Shown one piece after another: positions 16,549 to 25,347 of a stretch of 38,704 bases of DNA. The notes below the pieces were generated by a model. That model saw only the letters and a program-made list of their open reading frames with translations. It was not told the DNA's origin and made no database searches. The number at the start of each line of letters is the position of its first letter. The stretch's first letter is position 1. A program made the translations under genes and the position numbers. Location: the IMG/VR virus record IMGVR_UViG_3300023092_000005, positions 1-38,704 of that record. The stretch is one strand, 5' to 3'. The DNA comes from a virus (taxonomy: Duplodnaviria; Caudoviricetes).

Positions 16549-17115
16549 CTAACGAGCGATGGGAGTAACTAGTCCGGCACGTTCCTCTATAGCCTTGTTG
16601 TGCGTTATAGCTACTTCGTTGCAGGCTGATCCGATTCGTAAAGCATATTCTCGTAATCGTTGAAAGCCTTCTCCAAGTTCTGCCGGAAGCTGGGCTGTAC
16701 AGGTTGTGACAGGCTGGCTTCCGCTGGCTGAACCTTCGGGCACTCCTTGGGCGGTTGTGGTCTTACCAATGTAGGATCGCAGGCGGCGAGACTTAGTGCG
16801 CTCACTATCAAGGCTAAGTTGCAAAGACTTTTTCTCATTTTCAATTTCCCCTAGTTGTTGCTGCGCTAATTTCCTACCGTTGTCTGCGTTGGTACGTTCC
16901 TCTAGTCTTGCGGCGGTTATTGCATCTGCTACAGATTTTGCTGTTTTTGCATCTTCCTTGGCATTAAGTGCGAGTATTTCCTGTCTTCCTGCTTCATACG
17001 CTGCATCGTAAGCCACGTTCTCTAGGTGACTGTGGTAAAGGTATAGGCTAACAATGATTAACGCGCCTAATAGGTATTTCCAATACTTGAGAGCGAAGGC
17101 AATAATGGTTGTCAT
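16549..17115 (-). CDS. i-spanin (Rz-like)
   Basis: N-terminal TM helix, long coiled coil, two C-terminal Cys; last gene of the lysis region. Confidence 0.8.
   Translation of the reverse strand: MTTIIAFALKYWKYLLGALIIVSLYLYHSHLENVAYDAAYEAGRQEILALNAKEDAKTAKSVADAITAARLEERTNADNGRKLAQQQLGEIENEKKSLQLSLDSERTKSRRLRSYIGKTTTAQGVPEGSASGSQPVTTCTAQLPAELGEGFQRLREYALRIGSACNEVAITHNKAIEERAGLVTPIAR
16611..16844 (-). CDS. o-spanin (Rz1-like lipoprotein) embedded in Rz
   Basis: Signal peptide with lipobox LAAC and a Pro-rich mature part; entirely inside Rz in another frame. Confidence 0.8.
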   Translation of the reverse strand: MKMRKSLCNLALIVSALSLAACDPTLVRPQPPKECPKVQPAEASLSQPVQPSFRQNLEKAFNDYENMLYESDQPATK

Positions 17116-17450
17116 ATTTGAGTTGTCCCTACAAGATGAAACATTACCGCCCCTGGGGATGCTTCGAATATTGAAGCAGACAAAAGGGTACCTAAAGTTA
17201 ATCCTAATGCAGGCTTAATCTTTTTGAACGTGACAGTTATCTGGTCACCACTGACCGCAACCCCGGATATGATGTCGTCGGTAGCAATAGGCAATGCTGA
17301 GTAGACCAGGGAAGCATCAGGCATAGTTCCTGTCCACGTTCCATCACTGGCAGATACCATGCGCTTTGAGTACATAACCTCGCCGCCACGCTTAGGGATA
17401 TCCACTACATATCCCGTTACCGCATTAAAGATTCGATTGAGCGCCATCAC
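17112..17450 (-). CDS. Hypothetical beta-rich protein, possibly a virion decoration protein
   Basis: 112 aa; N-terminus resembles that of 36730-38106. Confidence 0.6.
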   Translation of the reverse strand: MMALNRIFNAVTGYVVDIPKRGGEVMYSKRMVSASDGTWTGTMPDASLVYSALPIATDDIISGVAVSGDQITVTFKKIKPALGLTLGTLLSASIFEASPGAVMFHLVGTTQI

Positions 17451-17517
17451 AGACCCTTGATATTTTTCACATAATCATAGGCTTATTATGTGGCACTGCA
17501 TAGGTGTGACGATAGTA

Positions 17518-18042
17518 CTACGTTGATACTCGGATAGCCCATCCGCTGGCGAAAGCTTTCTGCACAGGATCGCGCTCGCATATCTCAATATATCGCATCC
17601 CTTGTTGAGACCTGATTAGATTGATTACAGCTACAGTGCCAGGTTTACCACGTCCATTGATGTAATCTGACAACGCCTTAATCGTCAATGAACCAATGAT
17701 GCCATCGACAGATACTGACTGTTTACACAACACAGACAAGGCACGTTGCAGAAAGCGTACAGCAATCCCCGTTCCCATGTTCACGCCTATGTCGAATAGT
17801 TTCTCTGCTACCTCGCTGGACACTAGGGATATATCATCGCCACGGATAGCATCCCAATAGTCGCGCTTGTATATCTCTCTGGCGGTATTAAGCGGCAGTG
17901 ACTTCATCTCGCCTTTGTAACCGTAAGCGCGTGCTACTTTCTCGGTTATTCCGAATCGGGTAGCCCCGCCTTTATCTGCCGCGTGGTAACTGTACCCGCC
18001 CTCATGTCCAACTGTTTTATCGAATGCTGATAGAAAGCTCAT
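17518..18042 (-). CDS. Endolysin, glycoside hydrolase family 108 with PG-binding domain
   Basis: HEGGY...DKGGATRFGIT...Y...YW...LFD.GVN.G...LQRAL...DG.IG..T...GW..R. Confidence 0.92.
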   Translation of the reverse strand: MSFLSAFDKTVGHEGGYSYHAADKGGATRFGITEKVARAYGYKGEMKSLPLNTAREIYKRDYWDAIRGDDISLVSSEVAEKLFDIGVNMGTGIAVRFLQRALSVLCKQSVSVDGIIGSLTIKALSDYINGRGKPGTVAVINLIRSQQGMRYIEICERDPVQKAFASGWAIRVST

Positions 18043-18287
18043 TTGTCAGTAGCCCTTCCATTACGTTCTTTGCGCTGACTGTAAGCCCATAGCTCATTTA
18101 GGTAAGTCAGAAAAACAATGAATACGCCTATCCAGACAATCCACGTTTCCTTGCCGGCGAGTTTGGTTAAAGCGCCTACCCCGATAAGAAGGAATCCGAA
18201 CGCTCGTATAAGATTCTCAGTATCGATCTTGCTGTCAAGGATGCACAGCACAGAGGCCAGCGCCAGGAATGCATATATGTAAGTCAT
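18039..18287 (-). CDS. Holin-like membrane protein (3 TM)
   Basis: Three hydrophobic segments and a basic tail; TGATG-coupled start at 18287. Confidence 0.65.
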   Translation of the reverse strand: MTYIYAFLALASVLCILDSKIDTENLIRAFGFLLIGVGALTKLAGKETWIVWIGVFIVFLTYLNELWAYSQRKERNGRATDK

Positions 18288-18649
18288 CAATTTATCATCT
18301 TCCTCAAGGTTTCCAGAATCCATGCTTTTAGTTCTGACGCGCTAATGCTCTTGATTGCCTGCATCAGTTTATTGACTATCACCAGGCCGGCTATACCAAT
18401 GGTCATGATGATGGCCTGTGCCATTAAACTTTCTGGATTGATGCCCCGGTATTCTATCCATGCACCACCACCCCATATTGCTAATACTAGACTACAGGCG
18501 AATGACGTAGCAATAGATCGCCATCCTGTTTCCTCTTTCGGCATATACTTGAGAGATATCAAACTCCCGCCAAAGGCTGGCATCAGCTTGACTAAATCAG
18601 ACCACAGCTTGAGCCAGAATTGATCGTCCATTACATACCCCGTGTTCAT
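18287..18649 (-). CDS. Putative holin
   Basis: Two to three TM helices (AFGGSLISL...); upstream of the endolysin. Confidence 0.7.
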   Translation of the reverse strand: MNTGYVMDDQFWLKLWSDLVKLMPAFGGSLISLKYMPKEETGWRSIATSFACSLVLAIWGGGAWIEYRGINPESLMAQAIIMTIGIAGLVIVNKLMQAIKSISASELKAWILETLRKMIN

Positions 18650-18873
18650 TTAAGGTTTTCACCCTCGTCATTAGCAAGCCACGGCAAAGACATTATTAGC
18701 TCCTTGCGTCTAGTTAAACTCCACCATGTAGCCCGTACACGATTAAACCTGTTACTTGCATCTGTAACGCCATCATCCTTCTCTGGCTTAATCCACATAA
18801 TGATAACAAAAGTACCCAACAATGTGGGAACCCAACACCCAACCCATAGCCATATGTACCACTTCATTTGCAA
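18646..18873 (-). CDS. Small membrane-anchored protein
   Basis: N-terminal TM helix then D.SNR.N..R..W; overlaps both neighbours. Confidence 0.65.
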   Translation of the reverse strand: MQMKWYIWLWVGCWVPTLLGTFVIIMWIKPEKDDGVTDASNRFNRVRATWWSLTRRKELIMSLPWLANDEGENLK

Positions 18874-19172
18874 TGCGCCGGGAGGATGTAATTAAGAAGC
18901 CAGCACAGCTTAGTCGCCAGCTTGCCACGATATCCAGACTTGGACTTTAATCTTTCTATTCGCTGGGTTAATAGCCACTCTTTAGGCCAGTCAAGGAATA
19001 TCAATGTGCCGTAAGTCACATTCACAACCATATCCAGTACAGCCCCTATCCCTGTCACTATCCAGTACAGTATCTTTGCTACTACGCTAGTGTTCTGGCG
19101 AGTGTAAGTGTAGGCATACAGCACATAGACAACCAGCAATGTGATTGGGTTTATCAGGAGCAAGTAAATCAT
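18864..19172 (-). CDS. Phage membrane protein
   Basis: Two TM helices and LD..VN...GTLIFL..PKEWL.T.R..R motif. Confidence 0.7.
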   Translation of the reverse strand: MIYLLLINPITLLVVYVLYAYTYTRQNTSVVAKILYWIVTGIGAVLDMVVNVTYGTLIFLDWPKEWLLTQRIERLKSKSGYRGKLATKLCWLLNYILPAHCK

Positions 19173-19546
19173 GACAACTCCCGTATCTGTTCACGAATCA
19201 ATGCAGCCTCTTGGTCTAGTTCCTTGAAGCCTTTATAAGCAGGAAGCTGTGCAAGTTGCTCAACGGTAAAGCCTAGGGTTGGCCTCATCACTTCATACAG
19301 TTTAATCATCGTTTCACGAATGGCACGGAGAGAAGTATCTTGTCGCTCTAGAACATCTAAAGCTGATTTTAATGCTTCGGCCTTCTGTGCATTGGTCAGT
19401 ATAGGATTGAGTACGGCCTCGATCTGCTCCTCGGTTGCGACTACGGCATCATCAGGCCATGAGGGAAGTGTTGAAGCATATCCGCCTGCGTCATCGTGAA
19501 GTTTGTTATCAGGTGTAATGTAAAGCGTCATTTTATTATCCTTCAA
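19169..19546 (-). CDS. Putative tail fibre assembly protein
   Basis: Directly follows the fibre gene; helical C-terminus. Confidence 0.6.
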   Translation of the reverse strand: MKDNKMTLYITPDNKLHDDAGGYASTLPSWPDDAVVATEEQIEAVLNPILTNAQKAEALKSALDVLERQDTSLRAIRETMIKLYEVMRPTLGFTVEQLAQLPAYKGFKELDQEAALIREQIRELS

Positions 19547-19549
19547 AAG

Positions 19550-20962
19550 TTAGCGTTTTTCAGACCATTTTTGCAATACTTCCGCACTTGTCCTTGTTAC
19601 TGAATAGCTGGCACCTGGAGGGACTTCAAAATTAATGCCTTGTGATATTGAATTTCCTGGGCCGAAGGCTACTGAATTACCATTGACGAACGCAGTAAAG
19701 ACCGTTGACGTGCTCGTGCTACCTGATGCAATTACTGACACCTTGATGTCCTTGCCTGTGGTGTTGTAATAGGTGGTGGCGAAAGCACGGGAAGCTGTTA
19801 CGTCTTGGTAAGATTGCAATGTACCAAGGTTATCACCTGCCATACCCCCGATGCCTTGCACTAAACTAGGTGCGGCTGCATACGTTCCTGCCACTGCCTG
19901 TGTTGATTCAACATAACCGACTATGCGGAATGGCACGTTACTTCTTGCAGTAGTGGAGTAGATAACGTTAGCAGAAGTCGCACCGGCTGAAATGGCTGTC
20001 GTGCTAATCAGGGTTGTTTCGTCAAGGTTCAATAGTCCAGCCGCATTCACAATGGCAAGTTCTACTGTGCCTGCGTTGTCGATAGCCAGCAATACAAGCC
20101 TGGATAACGTATTGTTGACTGTTCCTAATGTCGCACCGGATGGTACGACTAAGGCTACAGGGCTTATGACTGTTCTAGTGTTTGGTACTCCAGTTGTTAG
20201 GGTAGTAGACCGGAAGTCAAGAGATGTGGCGTTTAATGTGGATGTAAGCGCGTTAGCCGCTACTGTAGCTAGCACAGGCTGTATCTGCTTAGACGAAGGG
20301 ATTAACGCGGCCAGGTCGCTTGCAAGACCTATCTTGGTATTGCCTGAATCGCTGGTGTCGGAGAATACGACCTTATCCGTACCCACGATAGTCGCTGTAG
20401 TCGCCGCTGCGAATATGTTGGTAACAAGTTTTACAAGTGTCACCCCTCCGTCTGCCAGTTGTGCTGTGCCTATCGAACCATTACCAATGACCGGGCCGGC
20501 TGACATGGCGATAACAATAGGATTCCCAAGTGAATCAAAGCCTAACAGCATATTAGCCCGTGCCGATGGGATATCCGTTACGGTTTCACCAGTTGGAACC
20601 TTGAGGATATTGTTACCGCCCGTTGCCAAGTCTTGAATCATCATGACAAGACGGTCAAGGTCTTCATTCACTTCTTGCGCCTGGAAGTCACCGGCGTACT
20701 GATAATCGGTAGTTCTTTCGACTTGAGTAGCACGGTATAGAATAACCTTTGCGCCAGAAGCAGGAGCGCTACCAAATGTTACATTGCCACCCGATGGATT
20801 GCCCACCCCGGTGACGTTGTAGTCAGCGCCGATGGTCTTAACTATTCCGTCAATCGTCACCATCAGATCGTCCGTGGTGAATATCTTGAAGGTATACGAG
20901 AAGACCGTAGTCACCCCGTTACCTGTGTAAGGGCTTATAGGTGTTTGCTGGGTCACTGACAT
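19550..20962 (-). CDS. Tail fibre with T7 gp17-like N-terminal adaptor
   Basis: YTGNGVTTVFSYTF...R.T...R.TDY...GDF....N.DLDRL.M..Q; Thr/Ala-rich shaft; C-terminal VP.GASY.V receptor-binding domain. Confidence 0.9.
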   Translation of the reverse strand: MSVTQQTPISPYTGNGVTTVFSYTFKIFTTDDLMVTIDGIVKTIGADYNVTGVGNPSGGNVTFGSAPASGAKVILYRATQVERTTDYQYAGDFQAQEVNEDLDRLVMMIQDLATGGNNILKVPTGETVTDIPSARANMLLGFDSLGNPIVIAMSAGPVIGNGSIGTAQLADGGVTLVKLVTNIFAAATTATIVGTDKVVFSDTSDSGNTKIGLASDLAALIPSSKQIQPVLATVAANALTSTLNATSLDFRSTTLTTGVPNTRTVISPVALVVPSGATLGTVNNTLSRLVLLAIDNAGTVELAIVNAAGLLNLDETTLISTTAISAGATSANVIYSTTARSNVPFRIVGYVESTQAVAGTYAAAPSLVQGIGGMAGDNLGTLQSYQDVTASRAFATTYYNTTGKDIKVSVIASGSTSTSTVFTAFVNGNSVAFGPGNSISQGINFEVPPGASYSVTRTSAEVLQKWSEKR

Positions 20963-20965
20963 AAT

Positions 20966-22543
20966 CTAGTCCTCGGTTATTACTTCGTATTGTGTGGCAT
21001 TAGGTCGCCATAGTTCTTGTTTAAGATCCACTATATCCCCGACAATCTGGCCTATCCGGATAGGTGTTCTCGTAATCGCCCTTGCCCCAGAGTCGATATG
21101 GTCATCCGCCTGGTTCGTGACCGCAGGGTTAAAGTCTTTCATCTCATCGTAGACCGGGCCATCCAATACTCTACGGTGCGCCCACAGGAATCCACCACTA
21201 ATAGGCGCTTCCAGACCATCAAGAATAGCCTTCTGCTTGTTGCCTGTAACGTGGTCTTCAATCACTGCAGACTGTGTACCGGCAAGGTGTTTACGGAGTA
21301 TGGGAGGGACGAACCCGCCTACCCCATTCGTCTCCACTACCACGCTGGGGATATTGTACTGTATGACAAGTTCTCTGACACGTTTACATTGCGAATCCAC
21401 ATCACCCATTAAAGCCTCGGCGAAGTGCCAGTACAGGTTTCCTCTCGCGTCAGTCAAGATAAGACTGATCGGTGAAGCATCGCCTCCTATCTTACCTAGT
21501 GAGCAATCCCATCGGCACGAAGCACCGACGATTGTTGCTGTTCCAAGTATCATGTGGACAGACTTATTCGCACGGGTTATCACAGGTTCCACATCGTACA
21601 TATGGATGCGGTCAGGGTCTAAGCGGATATCGTGAACAGGTTTTGAATGGAGTTGGTACTGTGAATCCCATTCGTTGATTGTCCGTGTTTTCTTCCTACG
21701 GATAGCCAGTTCGTCATGGTCGAAGCGTTCAGGCCATGCACACCCTGCGTATAGGTCTACCAATGCGCCAGGAGCAGAAGCGAATATAAGACGATTGCCT
21801 TTTATCTGGTAATTGAATCCCTCATGCAGAACCTTGGATTGCTTGCCGATACCCTGGAACACGTACTCCGGGATGAAGGGTATATCGTAGGCTGCGTCCG
21901 ATGCTTCCTCTATCCTAAAGGCTTGCTCGAACATGCGGATAGTCAGGCAATCAGCGCCCATCTTTTCCTGTTCGTCATACAGGCTGTCGTGGGTGTGAGG
22001 TGTCCCGATGTACAACTGCCTTCCACCCGGCACCAGAATGTGGGTCTGCTCACCCAGCCTGTAACGTAGCTTTTCTCTGGCTTCCGGTGTTTGAATATTT
22101 CGGGGTACTTCAACATCGTCGTTCTGGCATTCATCGGCACGAGCAGAAGTAACATTGGAGAGAATCCCTTTAACATACATATTCGCGTTACGGGCATCGG
22201 TTGAACCGGCTACCCACCATTGTTCTATGCCGCCAGTGATAACCATATCGCGTGTAAGAGGATGAGACTGGAGTATGTTTTGCACGTCACGGCTAGACTT
22301 GTAAGCTGTACCATCCGATTCTGATTGTAGCAATATCCGATAAGTTGGGTCTTCGTAGTACCGCCATGCGTTGTAGATATCCAATATCGTAGACTTTCCG
22401 AAGCCACGGAAGCATCTGAACACGGCGATATTGCCTCGGTGTTCTAGCCAGTTCACAGCCTCAAGGTGAACGTCAGGCACAGTCCATCCTTTATGCTCCG
22501 AGAACATCCAAAAGAACGTGAGAAAGTTTACTTTAGTGGACAA
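20966..22543 (-). CDS. terL: Terminase large subunit, T7 gp19-like
   Basis: FRGFGKST Walker A, RAD....DDVE Walker B, IGTPH, VETNG.GG, DDHIDS nuclease motifs. Confidence 0.93.
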   Translation of the reverse strand: MSTKVNFLTFFWMFSEHKGWTVPDVHLEAVNWLEHRGNIAVFRCFRGFGKSTILDIYNAWRYYEDPTYRILLQSESDGTAYKSSRDVQNILQSHPLTRDMVITGGIEQWWVAGSTDARNANMYVKGILSNVTSARADECQNDDVEVPRNIQTPEAREKLRYRLGEQTHILVPGGRQLYIGTPHTHDSLYDEQEKMGADCLTIRMFEQAFRIEEASDAAYDIPFIPEYVFQGIGKQSKVLHEGFNYQIKGNRLIFASAPGALVDLYAGCAWPERFDHDELAIRRKKTRTINEWDSQYQLHSKPVHDIRLDPDRIHMYDVEPVITRANKSVHMILGTATIVGASCRWDCSLGKIGGDASPISLILTDARGNLYWHFAEALMGDVDSQCKRVRELVIQYNIPSVVVETNGVGGFVPPILRKHLAGTQSAVIEDHVTGNKQKAILDGLEAPISGGFLWAHRRVLDGPVYDEMKDFNPAVTNQADDHIDSGARAITRTPIRIGQIVGDIVDLKQELWRPNATQYEVITED

Positions 22544-22883
22544 TGCCTTTACGCTCCTGCATACGCTTCAATGCGTCTTTAGCCTTACGATCGGCAGAAT
22601 TTACCTGTTCCAATATATCGTCTACCTCTTTCTCAACAATGAACCCATCCAGCTTGTCTGCAAGGTTGATTGCACCATGTAGGAGCGAAAGTGTGGCAGT
22701 AGCGTTGCGCTTGTCCCAAAACCGTGCGCCACGTTCGTCCTTGTCCATATCCTTGAGGGTCTTTTCTGCGGCAGTCCAGTTATCCGGGTCTGCTTCATCG
22801 ACCAATACCTCCATGAGGCGCTCGGTCACATCAGCCATTTTCTTGCGTAACTCATCTCTGATTCTTACTACTGATTTAGCCAT
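22533..22883 (-). CDS. Putative terminase small subunit
   Basis: 116 aa helical protein overlapping the terL start; assigned by position. Confidence 0.6.
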   Translation of the reverse strand: MAKSVVRIRDELRKKMADVTERLMEVLVDEADPDNWTAAEKTLKDMDKDERGARFWDKRNATATLSLLHGAINLADKLDGFIVEKEVDDILEQVNSADRKAKDALKRMQERKGIVH

Positions 22884-22884
22884 G

Positions 22885-25347
22885 TCATTCTCCTATTGCG
22901 TTGGCAAAGTCTGGTGCACGGTTGGGTGTCGGGTCGCCCAAGTCCCAATAGTATCCCTGCGAAAATTCCTTCTTAGAGTTCTTTCTTAGGCGTGACAGGT
23001 ACCCAGGCGATAATGTCTCTTGCAAGTCATTAAGGAACAATCGATCTACCGCTGCCCGGATGTACCACAGGTTAGCAAATGGTAAGTTAGACTTGGTAAA
23101 CCGCACCAGTTCTGCACCGGCCTTAATCTTCTCTGGTTTCTCACCGCGGATGTACTGCCCTAAGTTACCTAGTGTCAGCCCGAGGAAGTCAATTCCAGTT
23201 GATACAACCGGGCCAGCGAGTGAAGCCCAATTCGCTTGACCGCTTCGATTGTTACCGCCCAAGCCTGTATAGAATATGTCGCCAAGTATACCCAGCCCAC
23301 CACCTTGAGCGAATGCAGCACCCCAGAATTTAGGTGTCTTCATGTCAGCGGGGTCTTTACCGGAGGCCAGTGATTTAAGCTGCATTGCAAGCGCACCGAA
23401 GCTCACCAGACCGCCCATTAATGCTACGGAATACCCTATGCCACCCTGTTCCCCATTCATGCTTGTAGCGCGTCTTATGTGGCGATTAGCCATAGCCAGC
23501 GGGAATGACTTGAACAGTGACAAGTGACGTGCAATCTCACCCGGGACAGTACCTTTTTGTGTGCCACCACCAAGACTTGCGCGAGTGGTCAGGTCAGGAG
23601 TAGTTATAGCATAGTCAGATTCGTCCTGGATGAAACCAAGTAACCTAGCGACAGCCTCATCCTTTTGCTGGATCGTAGCTACATCGTCAGGAATGGCCCG
23701 GATGGAATCAGGAGTCAGCATAAGACTTCCCCGCCAGTTCTCCGGTGTTGCTTTGTTCCATGTGCTAAATACGTCAGGGGTTACACCTTGGAACTCTAGG
23801 CGCTGTCTATCGGTTACGTCAATGTCATTCCATGCCTTGCGCGATAACTTGCCTGTAGCGCCCTGCATTGAGATTTGGAAGCCACGTTTGAGCGAGTCCG
23901 TCCATGCGTTGAGTAATGAAACTTTCATCGTGCCACTTGCAAGACGTGAAGTTATCCCCTGTGACATGTGACCGTCGAAGAACCGTGACATATCACTGAT
24001 GACCGAATCAGCCTGCAACCCAACTCCATTAGCATAGTCTTTGTAATCACTACCGAATGACTTGATGACGTTCGCCATCGTGTCGAATATAGGTAGTTTG
24101 TTGTATTTAGCTGTGGCGATCAGTGTGGGGATATCCGTTACCGATGACAGCACAGTGCCTTGCAACTTCCCTGCGACAGTAAGATTGCGAATGCCCTGAT
24201 TGATATCCGCTATTTGCGGGTTCACAGCGATGTTATTAGCACCAGTCAATACGTTGTATAGGGATTGCAAGTCCGCACCCGCTATGCCCACGCTAGATAC
24301 CTTGCCATCCGTCTTAACAGCAAGTGTATTCAACATATCGAACGTAGCTTGAGGATTAGGCCCGAACTGTTCCACTATGCCGATATTGCGAGCTAGTCCG
24401 TTCACATGGCTTTGCATGGCATCGAACATCGTACCTTTGCCGAACTGGTCTTGGTACTCAAGCCATGAGTCTGCGTCTTTGAAGTGAATCTCGCGTGACT
24501 GACTGCCCTTGTTTGCAAAGGATGAGCCGAACGATACTTTATCGGGATCGAGTTTGTTTATACCCCCTGTCGCAATGGTCTGCCATGCGCGGGTTAGAAA
24601 GTCGGTAAAGTCCACGTCCGACATCGGGTTACCGGCAGCATCTACATATCTGGAACGGTCAAGTTTAGGTGATATGAAGTCTACCCATTCATCAACACCT
24701 GCTTTTAATACGGATGCCTGGTTGTGTGGTTGTGGGATATAACCATAATCCAGTTTCCCAATATCACCACCAGACCTATTGAACCGTTCCCGCATCTGGT
24801 CAGATACTTCGTTCCATGCCTTGACACCTTTTACCGCCAGTTCGTCACCAGTAGACTCACCGAACAGTTCGCGGATGAACCGTGCATTGGCTTCTGGATT
24901 CTCCATCAGTCCGAATAGTTTAGGGTCAGCAGCATCGATGGCATCCATCATGTTCGAGAAGGATTCTTTCGATACGCCTTTGATGTAAGTATCTACCTGG
25001 TTCAATATGCGTTCAGCAGCATTCGCCCCTGATAAGCCCGCATTGACTTGAGCCTTAAAGCGTTGCTCTACCTTGGCGCGTGCTGCAATGTTTAACGCTA
25101 ACCTATTGGCTTTCACCTGTGCATCAGCCACCAACTGTTTAGCGGCATCCTGTGCAGCGACAGCGTACCGGTCAGCAATGGACATTGAGCGCCATGCAGC
25201 AGGGTCAGCACGCGCTATCCTTGCCATGTTGCCGAGGATGGTTTTTTCGATCCCATCAGCTTCGGACGTGGTTATGTTGCGGCCTATGGCCTGTGATACG
25301 GCTTGTATGCACTCGGTACGGATGGCTATGCACTCCTCAAAAAGCAT
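22885..25347 (-). CDS. Large internal virion / DNA ejection protein (start uncertain: 25347 ATG or 25323 ATC)
   Basis: About 820 aa; GYIPQ.H, SREIHFKDADSW..Y and NLPFANLWY motifs; last of the ejection genes. Confidence 0.8.
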   Translation of the reverse strand: MLFEECIAIRTECIQAVSQAIGRNITTSEADGIEKTILGNMARIARADPAAWRSMSIADRYAVAAQDAAKQLVADAQVKANRLALNIAARAKVEQRFKAQVNAGLSGANAAERILNQVDTYIKGVSKESFSNMMDAIDAADPKLFGLMENPEANARFIRELFGESTGDELAVKGVKAWNEVSDQMRERFNRSGGDIGKLDYGYIPQPHNQASVLKAGVDEWVDFISPKLDRSRYVDAAGNPMSDVDFTDFLTRAWQTIATGGINKLDPDKVSFGSSFANKGSQSREIHFKDADSWLEYQDQFGKGTMFDAMQSHVNGLARNIGIVEQFGPNPQATFDMLNTLAVKTDGKVSSVGIAGADLQSLYNVLTGANNIAVNPQIADINQGIRNLTVAGKLQGTVLSSVTDIPTLIATAKYNKLPIFDTMANVIKSFGSDYKDYANGVGLQADSVISDMSRFFDGHMSQGITSRLASGTMKVSLLNAWTDSLKRGFQISMQGATGKLSRKAWNDIDVTDRQRLEFQGVTPDVFSTWNKATPENWRGSLMLTPDSIRAIPDDVATIQQKDEAVARLLGFIQDESDYAITTPDLTTRASLGGGTQKGTVPGEIARHLSLFKSFPLAMANRHIRRATSMNGEQGGIGYSVALMGGLVSFGALAMQLKSLASGKDPADMKTPKFWGAAFAQGGGLGILGDIFYTGLGGNNRSGQANWASLAGPVVSTGIDFLGLTLGNLGQYIRGEKPEKIKAGAELVRFTKSNLPFANLWYIRAAVDRLFLNDLQETLSPGYLSRLRKNSKKEFSQGYYWDLGDPTPNRAPDFANAIGE

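Noticed and set aside
16467-16568. 33-aa ATGA-coupled ORF at the end of the early arm
   Set aside because: Short, overlaps Rz convergently and has no motif; not enough support to call.
19550-20962. Diversity-generating retroelement, expected because the virion module resembles BPP-1
   Set aside because: No reverse transcriptase ORF, and I saw no template/variable repeat pair.
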